NCBI GenBank assembly: GCA_963795825.1
Contig: CAWCIW010000002.1
Coordinates: 164,799 to 228,798 of the forward strand
DNA length: 64,000 bases
Source: an uncultured Alphaproteobacteria bacterium
GTDB lineage: Bacteria; Pseudomonadota; Alphaproteobacteria; Acetobacterales; Acetobacteraceae
Direction of reading: 5' to 3'
This document shows positions 10,444 through 19,253 of this stretch, piece by piece. Each line of letters begins with the position of its first letter. Position 1 is the stretch's first letter. The notes beneath the pieces are model-generated. The model saw only the letters and a list, made by a program, of their open reading frames with translations, did not search any database and was not told where the DNA came from. The position numbers were made by a program, and so were the translations under genes.

Positions 10444-11214
10444 TCAAGCTACCAGCAGGGCCTTTATCAGCACGGCGTCGGCCCGGCCCGTCTCGGCCAG
10501 ACCATGCGTACCCTGAAACCGTCGTATCGCGGCGCTCGTCTCGGCGCCCGGCATGCCGTCGATCCCATGCGGATCGAAGCCCAGATAGGTGAGGCACACC
10601 TGTACACCGCGCAGCGTAACGTCCGGCAGCGGACCCTGGCGGAAGCGGGCGTGAAATTGCCGTAGCAGACCATCGTAGTTGTGCCCGGCGTAATCGGGGC
10701 CGTTATAGCCGCGCGCGAACGCGGCCCAGTCGTTGCGCGCGAGCGGCGCGGCCAGGCGGGTGGCGTTGAGGTAGGCGGCCATGGCGAGCAACTGGGCGTT
10801 TTCGGACTGCGCCATCGCGGCAACCATCGTTTCCACATCGGCGAAACCGGCATCCTGGTGACAGGCGCCCATGATCTGGCCGATCCCCCACGAGGTGCTT
10901 TTCAGCGCGCTGTCCCTGTCCAGCGACACCGCCGCGGCGAGGCGTTCGTACTGGCTGGCGCCGCCGGGGCCGTAGCCGCCGGCATAGGGCGCGCTGATAC
11001 CGGGATGGGTGCGGTCGTAGCGGCCGTGCGTCAGGCTGTGGAATTGGTGACGCTCGAACAGGATCTTCGGCCGGCGATCCGGCAGGAAACCGCAGCCCGA
11101 GGTCTCCACCGCGAGCACCGCCCAAAGATCGGCGGGCTGCGTGTGGGTGGCTTGCAGGAAGGCGGAGAGGCCCGGTGGTGTGAGCGCAGTCGCTGTGCCG
11201 GCAAATGGCAGCAT
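10444..11214 (-). CDS. N-acetylmuramidase (DUF3380-like) with C-terminal peptidoglycan-binding domain
   Basis: AVLAVETSGCGF, PKILFERHQF, TSWGIGQIMG, WAAFARGYNGP; C-terminal LGFDPHGIDG...AIRRFQ. Confidence 0.88.
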   Translation of the reverse strand: MLPFAGTATALTPPGLSAFLQATHTQPADLWAVLAVETSGCGFLPDRRPKILFERHQFHSLTHGRYDRTHPGISAPYAGGYGPGGASQYERLAAAVSLDRDSALKSTSWGIGQIMGACHQDAGFADVETMVAAMAQSENAQLLAMAAYLNATRLAAPLARNDWAAFARGYNGPDYAGHNYDGLLRQFHARFRQGPLPDVTLRGVQVCLTYLGFDPHGIDGMPGAETSAAIRRFQGTHGLAETGRADAVLIKALLVA

Positions 11215-11269
11215 TTGGTGCCCCCTAATCGCAAAGGGGGGCAAATTACGGCTTGGGGGATGAGCTAGG

Positions 11270-11465
11270 CAAAGAAGAAAGCAAGCAGTCCTTTTTTGAA
11301 AAAAAGGACCAAAAAACTTTTACTTCCCTTGCCTGCACAGGATCATCATCTCATCCTGCAACCGCTCTATTTGCAGAACGGGACACGCACTGGGTGCAGG
11401 CGGGGAAGATAAAAGTTTTTTGGTCCTTTTTTTCAAAAAAGGACTGCTTGCCTTGCCTTACTTAC
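11270..11465. repeat. Palindromic repeat family, full element
   Basis: Two GTCC-type arms, inner GCCTGCAC...GTGCAGGC; right tail CTTGCCTTGCCTTACTTAC overlaps a stop codon. Confidence 0.95.
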
Positions 11466-12801
11466 TAGCCTGGTTCTGCGAAGCCGCGGAAACGCGCCAC
11501 ACCGTGTTGCCCACATCATCGGCAACAAGCAGCGCACCCGTCTTATCCAGCGTCACCGCAACCGGACGGCCATGGGAATTTCCCTTGTCGTCGATGAAAC
11601 CGGTGACCACGTCTTCCGCCTTGCCGCTCGGCTTGCCGGCGGTGAACGGCACGAACACCACCTTGTAGCCGTTGAGCTGCGGACGATCCCAGCTTCCATG
11701 CTCGCCCACGAACGCGCCGCCGCTGTAATGCGCGGGCAGGCTGCTGCCGGTATCGAACACCAGGCCGAGCGGCGCCACGTGCGAGCTCAGCGCATAATCC
11801 GGCACGATGGCGCGGGCCACCAGGTCCGGGCGCTGCGGATGCACGCGCGGATCGATGTGGTTGCCATAATAGCTGTAGGGCCAGCCGTAGAAACCGCCGT
11901 CCTTCACCGATGTCATGTAGTCCGGAACCAGGTCCGGCCCGAGCTCGTCACGCTCGTTCACCACGCACCAGAGCGCATGGCTTTGCGGCTCCCATTGCAG
12001 GCCGTTCGGGTTGCGCAGGCCGTCGGCGAAGATGCGATGCGCGCCGGTCGCGCGATCGACTTCCCAAATCGACGCGCGGTCGATTTCCGCACCGATGCCG
12101 TTCTCGGTTATGTTGCTGTTGGAACCCACGCCGACGTAGAGCTTGCTGCCGTCTTCGCTGGCGAGCAGGCTTTTGGTCCAGTGATGGTCGATCGGGCCGC
12201 CAGGCAGCGGCGTGAGCACGACGGGCGCCGCGGTGATGCTGGTATCGCCTTCCTTGTAAGGAAACTTCAGGAGCTTGTCGGTATCGGCCACGTACAGATC
12301 GTTGCCGACGAGGGCGACGCCGAACGGCGAATACAGATGGTCGATGAACACCGTGCGCAGGTCGGGCTTGCCGTCGCCCTTGCTGTCGCGCAGCAGGGTG
12401 ATGCGGTTGCTGCCCTGGTTCACGCCATTCGAGGTGACGAGCTTTTCCATCCAGCGCATCACCAGGTTTTTCGGCCGGCTGACCGGATCCAGCGAGGGGC
12501 TGATGGATTCGACGACGAGTATGTCCCCGTTCGGCAGGGTATAGACCGAGCGCGGATGCTCGAGCCCGGTAGCGAGCGCCTGTACGCGCAGGCCGGACGC
12601 CACGGTCGGCATCTCGCCGTTCTTCCAGCCCACGCCGGGCGCCAGCTTCATCGGCGGCACGAGGTATTGCTGGATTGGCGGCAACACGGGATCGGGGCCG
12701 ATCTGCGATTGCACGTCGAACGTGTCGGGTGCCGCGGCACCGGTGAGCGCCAGGATGGCGGCGCCGGCCAGCGCGAGGCGGGCCTGGGAAGCGTATGTCA
12801 T
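11458..12801 (-). CDS. PQQ-dependent sorbosone/sugar dehydrogenase family protein
   Basis: GLEHPR, HHWTK, GVGSNSN, GLRNPNGL, VNERDELG, GEHGSW, GRPVAV. Confidence 0.9.
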   Translation of the reverse strand: MTYASQARLALAGAAILALTGAAAPDTFDVQSQIGPDPVLPPIQQYLVPPMKLAPGVGWKNGEMPTVASGLRVQALATGLEHPRSVYTLPNGDILVVESISPSLDPVSRPKNLVMRWMEKLVTSNGVNQGSNRITLLRDSKGDGKPDLRTVFIDHLYSPFGVALVGNDLYVADTDKLLKFPYKEGDTSITAAPVVLTPLPGGPIDHHWTKSLLASEDGSKLYVGVGSNSNITENGIGAEIDRASIWEVDRATGAHRIFADGLRNPNGLQWEPQSHALWCVVNERDELGPDLVPDYMTSVKDGGFYGWPYSYYGNHIDPRVHPQRPDLVARAIVPDYALSSHVAPLGLVFDTGSSLPAHYSGGAFVGEHGSWDRPQLNGYKVVFVPFTAGKPSGKAEDVVTGFIDDKGNSHGRPVAVTLDKTGALLVADDVGNTVWRVSAASQNQASK

Positions 12802-13259
12802 GAGCGCACTCCGCTGTATTGCACGCGCGCGACGCGGCGTGCGGGACGCCCTGCAAGTAGCGCGGTGAGGATGATTGCAAGGACCGTCAGCCCGGAGAGC
12901 ACGATGCCCTGCGGCACGACGGAGGTCCACGCATCACGGCTGTGGACGAAATTGTTGAGCAGGCCGAGGGCGAGCACGATGACGCTGCCTATGGCGAGCG
13001 GCACGATCTGGCGGCCGGTGCGGTAACGGCGGAAGCGTATGGCGTCGATCAGGCCGCCCAGGGCGGCGATCGCGCCGAACGCGATGCCCACGGCGAGCAG
13101 CCAGTCGGAGAAATCGGACCACATCATGTTGGCGGTGAGCGCGTAGAGCGTGTCGGTGCCCAGCGCGGAGCAGAAGCAGGCGACGGGAAAGGCGGTGAGG
13201 ATGAGCAGGCCCGGGTGAGCCGGCGCCTCCGGGAGAAGGTAGGTGGTCTCGCTGTTCAT
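12798..13259 (-). CDS. DUF2231-type membrane protein
   Basis: Four TM segments, FPVACF, NNFVHSRDAWTSVVP; ATGA overlap with the dehydrogenase start. Confidence 0.85.
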   Translation of the reverse strand: MNSETTYLLPEAPAHPGLLILTAFPVACFCSALGTDTLYALTANMMWSDFSDWLLAVGIAFGAIAALGGLIDAIRFRRYRTGRQIVPLAIGSVIVLALGLLNNFVHSRDAWTSVVPQGIVLSGLTVLAIILTALLAGRPARRVARVQYSGVRS

Positions 13260-13376
13260 GGGGCGTCCTGATGCGGTGTCGGCGATCCAACGTGCTTGGA
13301 GGGCTTACGGGTGCATCGGGTCTGGGTTGCTTATGGGCGAGGGTTTTTCGGGGGGTGAGGACGCAGTTTTGGGCGA

Positions 13377-13440
13377 AGCAAGAAAGCAGTCCCTTTTCGA
13401 GAAAAAGGACCAAAAAGCTTTTGCTCCGACGCCTGCACCG
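13377..13440. repeat. Palindromic repeat family, solo left arm
   Basis: AAGCAAGAAAGCAGTCCCTTTTCGAGAAAAAGGACCAAAAAGCTTTTGCTCCGACGCCTGCAC. Confidence 0.9.
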
Positions 13441-13502
13441 TGGCTTCGGCTATGTTTGCTTGCTTGGTGTGCCTGCGGTCGTCGCGGTGGGGGAGCTGAT
13501 GC

Positions 13503-14384
13503 TCAGGGGGTGTAGAGGAAGCCGTGGGTTCGGCCGGCCTTGGTGAAGCAGCCGGTGATCTGGCCGGACTCGTTCATGCCGCCGATCTGGGTGGCGTCGG
13601 CGCCGGGGATGTCGATCGTTTTGTAGGTGCCGTGCTCGTAGCGGAAGCCGTGCGCGACCGCGGTGCTGCCCGAGCCGGTCAGGTAGGAGCCGGTAACCAC
13701 CGCCTTGCTCGTGACCCCGCGGGGGAGTGTGTAGGTGGAGCCGGGCACGTTGATGGCAGTGAACGCGCCGTCGTGAAACAGCCAGCCGCCCAGGTTCTGG
13801 GTGAACGAGGTGCCGACGACGTAGCGCGCGGTCTCGTCCATGCCGGATGGTTGCGCAGCATTGCTGCCGTCGTCGATGATCGTGGTGGCGCCCGCTGCGG
13901 TTTGCAGGAAGCCGATATAGCCGAACTGCAAGGGGCCGGACGATGTGGCGGCGGTGCCGAGTATGGTGCCGGCATCGTTGACAGCGGACAGGGTGACGAC
14001 ATTGCCCTGGGTGATGGTCGGAAAACGCGTTGTGCGATGCGTGTAGAGGAAGGTTTGTGTGGCCAGAGCAGCTTTATCGATGTCGATGCCGGTGATTTCG
14101 GCTGCACGGTTCACCCCGGTGAAGGTTACCATGCCGGCCGGGACTGCCGGTTTGGGCTGGAGGAAGCGGCCGGACCGGTAGAGAAACCCGCCCAGGACCG
14201 CCTTGCGTGGCTGGGCTGACGTGCCGATCGCAATCGGGCTGGCGAGAGAGGCGCCTGCCACGAGACCGTTGCTGGCGATTGCGCCGCCGCAGGTTATTTC
14301 GGCGCCCGGTGCGTCGAACCGCTCGAACGAAGAAGCAAAGGCGCTGAGCGGGCATAGCAGGACAGCGGCAAGGGCGTATTTCAT
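13503..14384 (-). CDS. Secreted beta-repeat protein (HAF-repeat-like)
   Basis: Signal peptide MKYALAAVLLCPLSAFA; repeats such as GVNRAAEITG, AVNDAGTILG, GMNESGQITG, HGF. Confidence 0.7.
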   Translation of the reverse strand: MKYALAAVLLCPLSAFASSFERFDAPGAEITCGGAIASNGLVAGASLASPIAIGTSAQPRKAVLGGFLYRSGRFLQPKPAVPAGMVTFTGVNRAAEITGIDIDKAALATQTFLYTHRTTRFPTITQGNVVTLSAVNDAGTILGTAATSSGPLQFGYIGFLQTAAGATTIIDDGSNAAQPSGMDETARYVVGTSFTQNLGGWLFHDGAFTAINVPGSTYTLPRGVTSKAVVTGSYLTGSGSTAVAHGFRYEHGTYKTIDIPGADATQIGGMNESGQITGCFTKAGRTHGFLYTP

Positions 14385-14458
14385 AGCAACCATGTCGCAT
14401 GCGGCGACTCAAAACGCAATCAAAACGTTAAGGCGGCGTATGCGTGCAGGCCGGAGCT

Positions 14459-14511
14459 CCGACAGGGAGTCAAAAGTCTCTTGTTTCTTCTCTTTAGAAG
14501 AGAAGGTCTTG
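14459..14511. repeat. Palindromic repeat family, diverged solo right arm
   Basis: CCGACAGGGAGTCAAAAGTCTCTTGTTTCTTCTCTTTAGAAGAGAAGGTCTTG; the hairpin is kept by paired changes. Confidence 0.8.
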
Positions 14512-14541
14512 TATCAACTCCGATAGAGATTGACGAATTCA

Positions 14542-14727
14542 GGCAAGCTAGAAAGCAGTCCTTTTTCGAGAAAAAGGACCAAAAAGCTTTTGCTCCGACG
14601 CCTGCACCGAGGCCTACGCTCGTATTGCAAATCGATGCGGTTGCAATGATAGCCAAATCTCCGTGCAGGCGTCACAGCAAAAGCTTTTTGCTTCTTTTTC
14701 TCGAAAAAGAAGGCCTTCCTTACTTGC
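14542..14727. repeat. Palindromic repeat family, full element, long core
   Basis: Close homolog of 4035-4214; right tail contains the lpxB stop. Confidence 0.95.
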
Positions 14728-15876
14728 TGCCGTCGAGCACCCGCAAAGCCGCCGAAGCCGCCGCCTCGGACGGCGTACCCTCCGGCGCCCGCAAACCATC
14801 CATCACCGCGCCGAACGCCGCGCGCTGCGACGTGGAAACGTTCGAGTCCGTCAGCAACAAACGCAAAGTCGCGGCCAGCTTCGCGGGCGTGCAATCCTGC
14901 TGCAAAAGCTCCGGCACGATCTCCCGCCCGGCCAGGAGGTTTACCATGGCCACGTGCGGCACCCGTATCAGCCGGCGGGCCATCGCGGCGGTGATCGGGT
15001 TCACGCGGTACGTTACGGCCATTGGCACGCCGGCCAGGGCCAGTTCCAGCGTGGACGTGCCGGATTTGGTCAGGGCGGCGCCGGCGGCCGCGTAGGCGTC
15101 GTGTTTGTCGTCGGTGTCCGTGAGGATCAGCGGGCGCACCGGCCAGGCGGCGGCGTGGGCGGCGACGATCTCGGCGACCGCGGGCGAGCTGGGTATTACG
15201 GGGAGGAGGTCCGGGATGTGCTGGCGCAGCAGCGCCATCGCGCGGCCGAACACCGGCAGCAGGCGCGGCGCTTCGGTGCGGCGGCTGCCTGGCATCAGGA
15301 TGACGATTGTGGTGGCGTGGGCGCGATGCCGTGGCGGGCGCGGAAGCGGGCGGCGTTGCCCTGGTCGGCGCCGGATTGGAGGACGGGGTGGCCGACGAAA
15401 GTGGCGGGGATGCCGTGTTTGGCGAAGAACGCAACCTCGAAGGGGAGCAGGCAGAGCAGCTCGTCCCACAGGCCGGGGAAGTTGCGGGCGCGGTGTTCGC
15501 GCCAGGCCCAGACTTGCGGGCCGACGTAATGGACGCGTTTCAGGCCGAGCGGCTTGATGCGGGCGAGCAGGCGCAGGGTGAAGCCGGGGCTGTCGATGGT
15601 GACGACGAGGTCGGGGTGAGTGGTTTCGATGTCGGCTTGCGCCTGGTCGAGGCGGCGGCTGAGGGCGCGCAAGCGGGGCAGGATTTCGGCCAGGCCCATC
15701 ACGGCGAGGTCCCGCATCGGGAAGAGCGAGGCGAGGCCGGCTTCCGTCATGCGCGGGCCGCCGATGCCGCGGAAGATGAGGTCCGGGCGGCTTGCGTGCA
15801 GCGCGGCCATGAGGCGGGCGCCTAGTATGTCGCCGCTGGCCTCGCCGGCGAGGAGCCAGATGGTTTGCGGGGCCAT
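14720..15876 (-). CDS. lpxB: Lipid-A-disaccharide synthase (-1 indel near 15318)
   Basis: AGEASGDILG, IDSPGF, PQVWAWR, LLPFE, FVGHP, then MPGSR, KSGTSTLEL, VPELLQ in a second frame. Confidence 0.93.
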
Positions 15877-16247
15877 CAACCGTAGAGTTCGGCCGGGTCG
15901 GCGATGGGCTGGGCGAGTTCGACGGCGGCGCCGTCGCGCCAGGCGGTGTAGAAGCAGGTGCGTCGGCCGGTGTGGCAGGCGACGCCTTTCTGATCGACGA
16001 GCAGGAGCACGGTGTCGGCGTCGCAATCGTAGCGGAGTTCGATCAGGTGTTGGGTCTGGCCGGAGGTCTCGCCCTTGCGCCAGAGGCCGCGGCGGCTGCG
16101 GCTGTAGTAGCAGACGCGGCCGGTGGCGAGCGTTTCGGCGAGGGATTCCTGGTTCATCCAGGCGAGCATTAGGACCTCGCCGGTGTCGTGTTGCTGGGCG
16201 ATGGCGGGGAGGAGGCCGCGGGAGTCGAAGCGGAGGGTTGGCAGCAT
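15876..16247 (-). CDS. hisI: Phosphoribosyl-AMP cyclohydrolase
   Basis: [40 protein letters not shown]. Confidence 0.95.
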   Translation of the reverse strand: MLPTLRFDSRGLLPAIAQQHDTGEVLMLAWMNQESLAETLATGRVCYYSRSRRGLWRKGETSGQTQHLIELRYDCDADTVLLLVDQKGVACHTGRRTCFYTAWRDGAAVELAQPIADPAELYG

Positions 16248-16267
16248 GGGGGCGGGTATACGGGGCG

Positions 16268-16410
16268 GGCAAGGCAAGGCAAGGCCTTCTTTTCTGAAGA
16301 AAAGAAGCAAAAGACTTTTGGTCCCTGTCGGGGAGTGCTGAAACATACGCCGACAGGGAGCAAAAGCTTTTTGCTTCTTTTTCTCGAAAAAGAAGGCCTT
16401 GCTTACTTGC
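16268..16410. repeat. Palindromic repeat family, full element, short core
   Basis: (GGCAA)3 tail, two CTTC-type arms, CCCTGTCGG...CCGACAGGG. Confidence 0.95.
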
Positions 16411-17594
16411 TGAGCAACAACCCCCAAGCCTCCCGCAGATCTCCAATCAGATCCGCCGGATCCTCCAACCCCACATGGAACCGCACCATACCGCCGCTCA
16501 GCTCGCCCGCCGTGCGCACCACGAAACCGGTTGTAGGTAACGCGAGACTTTCGAACCCGCCCCACGACGCGCCGATCCCGAACAGCCGTAGCGCATCCAC
16601 AAAACGATGCGTTCCGGCCACGGTGATATCCGGCCGGAACACCACGCCGAACAAGCTGCAGGCGCCGGTGAAATCGCGCTTCCATAGTTCGTGGCCGGGC
16701 GCACCTGGCAGCGCCGGATGTAGCACCTGCGCCACCTCCGGCTGGGCGGCGAACCACGCGGCCACTTCCAGGCCCGATTGCATTTGGCGTTCTAGGCGGA
16801 CAGACATTGTGCGCAGGCCGCGCAATGTCAGCCAGCAATCGTCCGGCGACGCGTATTGTCCGAGTATCAACGCGGCGTCGCGCACGATTTGCCAGTGGTG
16901 TTCGGCGTTTGTGGTGGCGGAGCCGATCAGAACGTCCGAGTGTCCGGCTGCATATTTCGTCAGCGCCTGGATTGATACGTCGACGCCGTGTGTGAAGGGC
17001 TGGAACGCGTGTATGCCCCAGGTGTTGTCCATCAGCACGGCCGCGCCGTGATCATGCGCGCAGGCGGCGAGCGCGGGCACGTCCTGCACTTCGAAACTGT
17101 GGCTGCCGGGACTTTCCAGATAGAGCACGCGGGTTTCCGGGCGGAACAGTAGCGCGAGTTCCGCGGCGTCGGCGTCGGCGCGGTAATAGGTGGTGGTTAT
17201 GCCGAGGCGTTGCAGCATGGTGTCGCAAAAGCTCCTGACGGGGCCATAGACACTGTCCGGCATCAGGCAGTGTTGCCCGGTGCCGAGATAGGCCAGCAGG
17301 GGCGTGGTGCAGGCGGCGAGGCCGGTGGAGAAGAGCTGGCAGCGGGTGCCGCCTTCGACCTCGGCGATCACGTCTTCCAGCGCGTGGTGCGTGGCGGAGC
17401 CTTGGGTGCCGTAGGTGAGCGCCTGGTCGAAGCGGCGGCGGAGGTGGGCGCGGCGCTGCGCCATGTCGGCGTAGAGGACAGTGGAGCCGCGGTGGATGGG
17501 CGGGTTGACGAAGCCGTGCGCCTTGGTGCCGGCGCGTCCCGCGTGGGAGAGGCGGGTGGCTAAGCCGTGTGGCGGGTGGGGGCGCGTCGGTCAT
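16403..17594 (-). CDS. metC: Cystathionine beta-lyase (+1 indel near 17580)
   Basis: [53 protein letters not shown]. Confidence 0.92.
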
Positions 17595-18436
17595 GCGGTC
17601 GCCTTTGGGGTGTCGGGGCGGCCGGCCCATTCGGTCCAGGAGCCGTCATAGAGCGCGCCTTCGGGAAGGCCGGCGACGGCCAGGCCGAGCGTCAGGATCG
17701 CGGCGGTGACGCCGGTGCCGCAGCTCGTGACGATCGGGCGGGTGCCGTCGGCGCCGGCCTGCGCGAAGCGGGCGCGCAGGGCGGCGGGCGGAAGCATGGT
17801 GTTGTCCGGGCCGAGGAGTTCGGTGGCGGGCAGGCTTGCGGCGCCGGGGATGTGGCCGCTGGGCAGGCCGGGGCGCGGCTCCGGGGCAGCGCCGGTGAAG
17901 CGGCCGGTGGCGCGGGCGTCGAGCACCAGTTCGGTGCCGGAGGAAACATTGTCCAGCATGTCGCCCACACCGCGCAGGCGCGCGCTGCGGAAGGTGGCGT
18001 GGAAATCGCCTGGTGCGGCCGGGGATGGTTCGCCGGTTTCGAGCTGGCGGTGTTCGGCGCCCCATTTTGGCAGGCCGCCGTCCAGCACGGCGACGCGGGC
18101 GTGGCCGAAGAGGCGCATCAGCCACCAGCCGCGGGCTGACGAGAACAGGCCTTTCTGGTCGTAGAACACCACGCGGTCGGCGGTGGAGATGCCGAGGGCG
18201 GCGACCTGGCGTTCGAAGCGGCCGGCGGTGGGCACCATGTGGGGCAGGGTGGTTTCCGGGTCGGCGATCAGGTCGAGGTCGAAGAAGCGGGCGCCGGGGA
18301 TGTGCGCGGTGGCGAACAAGGCGGGTGCGTCGCGGGCTTCGGCCGGCATGTAAAACGTGGCGTCCAATACGCGCAGGTCGGGCGCGCCGAGCTCGCCGGC
18401 GAGCCACGCTGTGTCGACAAGCGGGCCGAAGCTCAT
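17591..18436 (-). CDS. sseA: 3-mercaptopyruvate sulfurtransferase
   Basis: HIPGARFFD, LDGGL, LDAR..RFTG, SCGTGVTA, LYDGSWTEW. Confidence 0.93.
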   Translation of the reverse strand: MSFGPLVDTAWLAGELGAPDLRVLDATFYMPAEARDAPALFATAHIPGARFFDLDLIADPETTLPHMVPTAGRFERQVAALGISTADRVVFYDQKGLFSSARGWWLMRLFGHARVAVLDGGLPKWGAEHRQLETGEPSPAAPGDFHATFRSARLRGVGDMLDNVSSGTELVLDARATGRFTGAAPEPRPGLPSGHIPGAASLPATELLGPDNTMLPPAALRARFAQAGADGTRPIVTSCGTGVTAAILTLGLAVAGLPEGALYDGSWTEWAGRPDTPKATA

Positions 18437-19065
18437 GCCCAGCGCTCCCGCAGCCAGTCTCGCCGGGCGGCGAACCACAGCAGGCCGATGGTGGCCACCG
18501 AGTTGGGATAGGCGCCGGCCAGCGCCTGCTCGATCACGTGGGCGGCGGGTAGGGCGCGCACGCGTATGTCCTCCTGCTCGCTGGCCAGGCCGCGCACGCC
18601 GAGAACGCCGTCCGGCCCGATCTCGCCCACGGTCACGCGGCCGGCGAACAGGGTGCAGAGTTCGTCGCAGCCGCCTGGGGTGAGGAGGAAGTCGCCGATG
18701 CGTTCCATGGCGCCGAGTTCCAGGCCCATCTCCTCGACGGCCTCTCGGCGTATGGTGGCCTCGGGGGTTTCCGTGCCGTCGGTGAGGCCGGCGGCGAGTT
18801 CCACCATCACGGGGGGCAGGCCGGCGGCGTAGGCGGGCAGGCGGAACTGCTCGATGACCACGACCATGTCGGCGATCGGGTCGTAGGGCAGCACGGCCGC
18901 CGCGGTGCCGCGCCGCAGCAGCTCCCAGACGCGTGGGGCGGAGAGGGCACCGTCGAAGCGGCGGTTGCGGAAGCCCACGCGTTGGAGGGCGAAGCGGCCG
19001 TCCCAGACGGTTTCTTCGCTGTCGATGGTGACGTCCGGGGAGGAGACGAGCGGGGCGAGCTTCAT
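18433..19065 (-). CDS. nudF: NUDIX hydrolase, ADP-ribose pyrophosphatase-like
   Basis: AVLPYDP, IEQFR, ELAAG...REAVEEMG, EQEDIRV. Confidence 0.85.
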   Translation of the reverse strand: MKLAPLVSSPDVTIDSEETVWDGRFALQRVGFRNRRFDGALSAPRVWELLRRGTAAAVLPYDPIADMVVVIEQFRLPAYAAGLPPVMVELAAGLTDGTETPEATIRREAVEEMGLELGAMERIGDFLLTPGGCDELCTLFAGRVTVGEIGPDGVLGVRGLASEQEDIRVRALPAAHVIEQALAGAYPNSVATIGLLWFAARRDWLRERWA

Positions 19066-19091
19066 GGCGGGTGAAGAGCGCAGTTTAGGGC

Positions 19092-19251
19092 GGCAAGGCA
19101 AGGCCTTCCTTTTCGAGAAAAAGAAGCAAAAAGCTTTTGGTCCCTGTCACGCGAACGCGTGCTCTCGCACGACCGGCGAGACTTTCAGCACCCGCCGACA
19201 GGGAGCAAAAGCTTTTTGGTCCTTTTTCTCGAAAAAGGACTGCTTCCTTAC
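19092..19251. repeat. Palindromic repeat family, full element, short-type core with expansion
   Basis: CTTC-type left arm, GTCC-type right arm, CCCTGTC...GACAGGG. Confidence 0.95.
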
Positions 19252-19253
19252 AC

